64,000 nucleotides of DNA from Anolis carolinensis. Its lineage: Eukaryota. Numbering within the stretch: the first letter of the stretch is position 1; every line of letters begins with the position of its first letter. The position numbers and the translations under genes were made by a program. The stretch covers positions 57,461,190 through 57,525,189 of the forward strand of contig NC_085846.1 in NCBI RefSeq assembly GCF_035594765.1, read 5' to 3'. The notes under the pieces are model-generated. The model was not told where the DNA came from, did no database searches, and saw only the letters and a program-made list of their open reading frames with translations. Of the stretch, positions 60,991 through 64,000 are shown one piece after another.

Positions 60991-62957
60991 AAATTTGTTG
61001 TTAACACCAAACATGTTACTATGGTTTACAGAAAGATATTTGCATGCAGGTTTAACAATGTTAACTGACTTTTCACGGATGAAAAATCATGCTCTCCATT
61101 TTTAAGACCCAAAATAGAGCACCAAGCAAAGTCACCAAGATTTTTGGAATAATGCTCATTCATGTTGCTTTAGGACTTTAACACCCTCCATGGCACAGAC
61201 TGCTGCCTGAGGGTAGTGAACCTATGCCAGCCAAGTACAGATCTAAATATTTTTTACTAGTTTCCCAATATATGAACAGCAAAAAGGGAAGGATAACAAG
61301 AAAAGCCAATTACTTTATTTATTTTGAAGTTGTACACCTTGTTTTATTTAAGCAAGCTTAAAGACTGATGTCTAAGTTTTGTCATCTAAAGCTATTCAGG
61401 CTTGAGAAATAAAAGTGAGTAACTGCCCTTGGTTGGCTGCATTTTCAGTAAAGAGTAGCAAGGCAATTGAATAATTCATCTTAAGGGTACTAAACTAGGA
61501 ACTGAATTTTATATTTGAGAGTCTAATAAACTTAACTTTATGTTGTTGGTTCTATGCTAAAATATCTGGTTTAATGAAAAATAGGAATTAATTTCTGTTA
61601 TTAACAGAAATGGGCAATATTGTATATACTCATGTATAAGTTGACCTTGTGTATAAATTGAAGGCAGATTTTAGGATCCACATTATGGATTTTGAGATGA
61701 CCTTTCGATAAATCAAAGATAATTCCATATAGAGTGGAAAGCATCAATGCCTCAGCGAACAGGGTGACCCAGGTCATTATCACTGCTATTCTCCTGACAG
61801 ATATTCAAAAGTGCCAGAAGTGGTGCTATGGCAGAGAGTAAAGGAGGATGGGGTGGTTAATCCTTCTTTTATGTTGTCTTTTCTTTCATTATTAATGGTT
61901 CTTTTCTTGGTAAGAGTACGTAAACTGATCTGTGGTTAAGTTTACTAAAACGTCTAGACATATACATGGTTATATAGATTAATTTTAAAAAACTTAAAAA
62001 CATGAGGTTGAGAGAATAATGGATGTTGGTATCTTTACCACTAAGCTCCAGGAACTAAAACTGAAACATAAGCTGGTCAGATTGTTTGTTTCTAAAGGCA
62101 ATGTCTGGAACAGAGACTACTTGAGGCACTTGAAACAGCTTTCTTCTCACCTTCTCACAGAACCACCAGCTCACACCATAATCCCATAATCTTAACTCAT
62201 ATCTGATTGTAGGGAAGAAAATGAATATTCTAAGACAGGAAAGTTGTTGTACAGGGGAAAGCAGCTCAGGGTTTTAACCTTCCTATTTTAGAAGGCTGAG
62301 CCATAAAGTAAACTAACAAATTCAGCGGATTTACATGTGTTTATAATTAAAGCTTTACAGTTCTATTCATCACTCTATACTATACTGTTCAATGGATTCA
62401 TTTATAATTAAGAGCATTGATGAAATATGATTTTTAGACACCACAACAGTAACATGCATTATTCCATATCTGTTCACTGTATAACAAAATTGTGAGAATA
62501 ATGATCAAAATAAACCAACAACTAATTTGTGGACAGATTAACTTTGACATCTAAATTTGCCAGTTTTGTTACACAGTCGTACAGTTGCACTGCTCATAAT
62601 TCATGTCAGAAGCACACTTCAGAAGTCTGGAATGCCCTGAATGACTTGCATCACCAAGCAGGACAGATATGAGATCTTTCATCACCTAGCATACACACCA
62701 TTCTCATATATGTAGGCTATGCTCATCTGTCAACTGTTGTGTCACAAAGAATCACACAAACAAGTTTCCAAGAGAAAATCAGCTTGTAATAATTCTAGTA
62801 AGAGAAATTAAAAGTGTAAGAACAAAAAAGGTAATCATATCAAAAACAACTTACCTACTACCATAAGTGTGAATTCAAACCCTCTCTTCACAGACTTCCT
62901 ATAAACCTGATTGGGGAGATTTGCAAACCCCACATATCCCTCAAGATTCTTCTGTTG
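8820..62957 (-). CDS. SEPTIN7: Septin-7, spliced CDS (5' partial): join of 62855-62957, 48970-49076, 43155-43255, 40913-41047, 40272-40389, 36937-37029, 35195-35291, 33705-33756, 32112-32237, 20249-20384, 10430-10569, 8820-8859
   Basis: Twelve GT-AG exons splice into one open frame, [17 protein letters not shown]...GESGLGKS (G1)...DTPG (G3)...AKAD (G4)...coiled coil...KNKKKGKIF*. It is nearly identical to vertebrate SEPT7 as recalled. Exon lengths 103/107/101/135/118/93/97/52/126/136/140/40 sum to 1248 nt. Confidence 0.98.
10430..10569 (-). CDS. SEPTIN7: SEPT7 exon (about exon 13), [47 protein letters not shown]
   Basis: ttcattag|CTC acceptor; GAG|gtaat donor; 140 nt. Confidence 0.97.
10852..10955. 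mobile_element. Short palindromic MITE
   Basis: Ends accagacattggcaaactttggccctcca and tggagggctgaagttcgcccatgactggt are imperfect inverted repeats. Confidence 0.55.
11811..12505 (+). mobile_element. hAT-type MITE (family B) nested in the TIR of a family A MITE
   Basis: TIR CAGGGGTCCYCAAA; 8-bp TSD CAGTAGAG at 11803-11810 and 12506-12513. Confidence 0.9.
12506..12850 (+). mobile_element. Tc1/mariner-type MITE (family A), followed by (ATT)n
   Basis: Family A sequence whose first 8 nt were duplicated by the hAT insertion. Confidence 0.85.
13984..14510 (-). mobile_element. Decayed RTE LINE fragment
   Basis: Remnants such as [21 protein letters not shown] and a C-terminal C..C...H...H motif. 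Confidence 0.65.
14935..15720 (+). repeat. Degenerate ~120-bp tandem repeats inside Helitron
   Basis: Recurrent GGGAGTTGTAGTTCACC and GGACCAAACTTGGCA units. Confidence 0.7.
15846..15944 (+). promoter_or_regulatory. Four inverted CCAAT boxes in a tandem repeat (Helitron cargo)
   Basis: ATTGG at 15846, 15878, 15910 and 15940; the first three are each followed by GGCGGAA. Confidence 0.5.
17290..18200 (+). repeat. Degenerate ~150-bp tandem repeats inside Helitron
   Basis: Recurrent GATGGGATTTGCAGTACCTTC...CCAAACTTG...GGTGCAATGT units. Confidence 0.7.
19407..19667 (+). mobile_element. Sauria SINE
   Basis: Characteristic body (ctagcagttcgaaaacatgcaaat...gagatgagcacc) and (ACCTTT)-like tail. Confidence 0.85.
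19999..20023 (+). repeat. (CA)n microsatellite
   Basis: Direct reading. Confidence 0.9.
20249..20384 (-). CDS. SEPTIN7: SEPT7 exon (about exon 12), [45 protein letters not shown]
   Basis: ggcag|GAGC acceptor; GAG|gtac donor; 136 nt. Confidence 0.97.
22828..26101 (-). mobile_element. Decayed DIRS-type tyrosine-recombinase retrotransposon with nested Sauria SINE piece (~23647-23742) and L2 RT fragment (~24250-25140)
   Basis: YR C-terminal motif EICQAATW at 23252-23275. Gag-like CPVKVP...YCLLCLG at ~25800-25860. The internal region 23086-23131 is complementary to both termini. Confidence 0.7.
26370..26688 (+). mobile_element. Tc1/mariner-type MITE (family A)
   Basis: Family A TIRs; TA flanks. 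Confidence 0.9.
26985..27005 (-). CDS. SEPTIN7: Candidate alternative 21-nt SEPT7 microexon adding FDTVEGM
   Basis: Minus strand reads ttttttgttttttag|ATTTGACACTGTTGAAGGCAT|gtaagtgg. Both splice sites are strong, phase 2-2, in frame: LTK-FDTVEGM-SPLAQ. Confidence 0.8.
28280..28508 (+). mobile_element. Old tRNA-derived SINE with RTE-like (CAA)n tail
   Basis: Degenerate A/B boxes; tail gaaatgact..aggcacacaacaac is also seen at ~6900 and ~39010. Confidence 0.55.
29029..29250 (-). mobile_element. Sauria SINE (5' truncated)
   Basis: Reverse complement of the 19407-19667 family. Confidence 0.85.
30527..30834 (+). mobile_element. Tc1/mariner-type MITE (family A)
   Basis: Family A TIRs; TA flanks. 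Confidence 0.9.
31582..31890. mobile_element. Tigger/pogo-like MITE (MER46/Tigger4-like termini)
   Basis: TA-CAGGTTGAGAATCCCTTATCTG ... CAGATAAGGGATATTCAACCT inverted termini. Confidence 0.65.
32112..32237 (-). CDS. SEPTIN7: SEPT7 exon (about exon 11), [42 protein letters not shown]
   Basis: caaatag|AAC acceptor; AAA|gtaagt donor; 126 nt. Confidence 0.97.
33705..33756 (-). CDS. SEPTIN7: SEPT7 exon (about exon 10), [18 protein letters not shown]
   Basis: cctacag|TTG acceptor; AAG|gtaag donor; 52 nt. Confidence 0.96.
35195..35291 (-). CDS. SEPTIN7: SEPT7 exon (about exon 9), [32 protein letters not shown]
   Basis: ttgtag|GAC acceptor; AAG|gtcagt donor; 97 nt; start of septin unique element. 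Confidence 0.97.
36937..37029 (-). CDS. SEPTIN7: SEPT7 exon (about exon 8), [31 protein letters not shown]
   Basis: ttttcag|ATA acceptor; AAG|gtac donor; 93 nt. Confidence 0.97.
37365..37560 (+). mobile_element. Penelope pseudo-LTR fragment with hammerhead motif (37435-37474, GAAAC>GAAAT)
   Basis: Near-identical to the reverse complement of 47577-47770. Confidence 0.85.
37972..38290 (+). mobile_element. Tc1/mariner-type MITE (family A)
   Basis: Family A TIRs; TA flanks. Confidence 0.9.
38852..39035 (+). mobile_element. 5S rRNA-derived SINE (SINE3-like), decayed
   Basis: gatcctctctgattttggaagccaagcagggtcagccctggtt...gtgggaaact resembles the 5S internal control region; RTE-like tail follows. 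Confidence 0.6.
40272..40389 (-). CDS. SEPTIN7: SEPT7 exon (about exon 7), [39 protein letters not shown]
   Basis: ttgttag|GCTG acceptor; CAG|gtgag donor; 118 nt. Confidence 0.97.
40913..41047 (-). CDS. SEPTIN7: SEPT7 exon (about exon 6), [45 protein letters not shown]
   Basis: ttcctag|CTGG acceptor; TGG|gttag donor; 135 nt; lies within ORF 40795-41058. Confidence 0.97.
41381..42325 (-). mobile_element. CR1 LINE 3' fragment
   Basis: RT motif [12 protein letters not shown]...[22 protein letters not shown]; CR1-type 3' end. Confidence 0.9.
43155..43255 (-). CDS. SEPTIN7: SEPT7 exon (about exon 5), [34 protein letters not shown]
   Basis: tttag|GTTGAA acceptor; TTG|gtaag donor; 101 nt. Confidence 0.97.
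44590..45330 (+). mobile_element. Non-LTR retrotransposon 3' end (RTEX-like ORF2 C-terminus)
   Basis: RRVFTLARC...EGRY...ERLCSCE....ET...VLLQC.FY; ends AATAAA...(TTGA)n. Confidence 0.65.
47664..47704 (-). ncRNA. Minimal type I hammerhead ribozyme motif (Penelope pLTR)
   Basis: CCU-CUGAGGA-u-GCCUGC/GUGGGC stem II-GAAA-CG-UC-AGG; intact core. Confidence 0.75.
48529..48569 (+). ncRNA. Minimal type I hammerhead ribozyme motif (Penelope pLTR)
   Basis: Identical intact motif on the plus strand. Confidence 0.75.
48970..49076 (-). CDS. SEPTIN7: SEPT7 exon (about exon 4), P-loop [36 protein letters not shown]
   Basis: atag|GTGAA acceptor; CAG|gtatg donor; 107 nt. Confidence 0.97.
49906..51847 (+). 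mobile_element. Non-autonomous Helitron with CpG-rich cargo, Penelope remnant and later MITE
   Basis: 5' TCTATAT...ATAAAA; 3' GCCAC-agcaacgt-GTGGC hairpin then CTAG|T; same 3' end as the element at 56454-58891. Confidence 0.82.
51228..51535 (-). mobile_element. Tc1/mariner-type MITE (family A), reverse orientation, inside Helitron
   Basis: Near-consensus reverse complement of family A. Confidence 0.9.
54199..54920 (+). mobile_element. hAT-type MITE (family B)
   Basis: TIR CAGGGGTCCYCAAAC; 8-bp TSD TCTTAATA. Confidence 0.92.
56930..57087 (+). pseudogene. Possible captured, decayed first-exon fragment of a TESK1/TESK2-like kinase
   Basis: TTC TTC TCG GAG GTC TTC AAG (FFSEVFK), a short local duplication, then |GTGAG donor, in GC-rich context. 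Confidence 0.45.
57832..58171 (+). mobile_element. Family A MITE carried inside Helitron, heavily G>C mutated
   Basis: Aligns end to end with family A but with many G>C, G>A and A>C changes. Confidence 0.85.
58665..58702. repeat. (TA)n microsatellite
   Basis: Direct reading. Confidence 0.9.
58921..59025 (-). mobile_element. Short 5'-truncated retroposon 3' end (possibly Vingi-like)
   Basis: (TAAA)n tail on minus strand; AAAACTGA direct repeat on both flanks. Confidence 0.5.
60917..60992 (+). repeat. (GAAA)n microsatellite
   Basis: Direct reading. Confidence 0.95.
62855..62957 (-). CDS. SEPTIN7: SEPT7 exon (about exon 3), [34 protein letters not shown]
   Basis: tttattttag|CAACAG acceptor; GTAG|gtaagt donor; 103 nt. 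Confidence 0.97.
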
Positions 62958-64000
62958 CTAAAATAAAAAAAATATATGAAAGAAATATATTTAATGTCTA
63001 GTGGAAGTATGAATTCTTAAGTTTGCTTTCCCCTTACTTCACTTTTTAAGTTGATCCCTACTTCTTGCAAAGACAATTAAAATCCATCTCATGATTTGTG
63101 AATATTTCAGGACATAATGTCAGGGTATTCAAGAGGCATACAACTTCTGTTTATGCAGAATATTTGCCATCTGAGCAAAACAGCATAGAACTAAAAGACG
63201 TCTTTCTAAAAAGCTTACTGTCTGAAAGAATATTGTCATCATTGTCATCATAGATTCTCTAAACGATCTATAACTTTGTATTGTAACTTGCCCTAGCAAA
63301 TGTTTCATAAAAGGTGATTGGCTACAACTGTTTATTTTGAAGGGGAAAACCATTTTAGGAAAACATAACAAACTCTAAACTATGTGGCTTAAAAACAGTG
63401 GGTGGAACAGTATAGTTACGAATTCCTACTATACAATTAAGTGTAATTCTAGCTTATCTTTTTAATTTCTCTATTTGTTCTTAAATTTGCTTACTAACAT
63501 TACTTTCAAGCATTCTAATCTTTATACATCTTTTAAACTGGATGTTTAATATTTACAGCATGTGAGGCAGTAGCAGCAATCAACTGTACCAACAATACAA
63601 CTTAAATATGTTAATCTACATTCTGATTATGGCATAAATAACTATTTTGTTTCAATATAACAAAATTTCCTTCTGATCCTTTTTCCTTCTTAGAGGTAGA
63701 AAGAGGAACACATTCTTGTTCTTTCGAAGTCTTACATGTCTTCTCAGAGAAAAATATCGAAAAGCAGCACATGACCATGAAATGAAGAGCTGGGCAACTA
63801 AAGAGCTTTCTATGTTGGGTTGGATGCCATTTCCATCATCCTTCACCAGTGGTCACAATGGCTGACATTTATGGGAATTATACTCATGTAACATCTGGAG
63901 GACCATGGGCTTGCTAATTGGAATAATTTATAGCCTTACTGGCAGACTTTAAATGGTCATTTGCAGCAAGTATGAATCGCTTTTAGGTGACAAGACTAGG

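Noticed and set aside
60851-61105. ORF with ERKK repeats
   Set aside because: Translation of the (GAAA)n microsatellite.
63219-63221. ttctttcag|ACA|gtaagc possible 3-nt microexon upstream of the first visible exon
   Set aside because: Short pyrimidine tract, and it does not match the tiny upstream exon expected from human SEPT7. It cannot be separated from chance without reads.

Overview
Squamate (Anolis-like) genomic DNA, judged from Sauria SINEs and the Penelope, L2, CR1, RTE and Helitron content. It carries most of SEPTIN7 (SEPT7) on the minus strand. Twelve constitutive coding exons run from 62957 down to the stop at 8820 (1248 nt, 415 aa plus stop, all GT-AG). The 5'-most exon(s) lie beyond the window end. 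There is also a frame-preserving 21-nt candidate microexon (26985-27005, adds FDTVEGM) and a 3' UTR with polyA signals down to about 7.87 kb. Introns and flanks are dense with transposons: Tc1/mariner-type and hAT MITEs, a decayed DIRS element, Penelope elements with minimal hammerhead ribozymes, and four non-autonomous Helitrons at three loci. The Helitrons are the most unusual part. They carry promoter/first-exon-like cargo: NF-Y CCAAT boxes at 32/32/30-bp spacing, YY1 and NRF1 motifs, and a probable TESK1/2 kinase exon end with its donor. In two Helitrons the old cargo shows a strong strand-specific G>C (also A>C, G>A) skew that follows the Helitron strand rather than the cargo orientation. 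Exon numbers and human comparisons are from memory, and all alignments and counts were done by eye.
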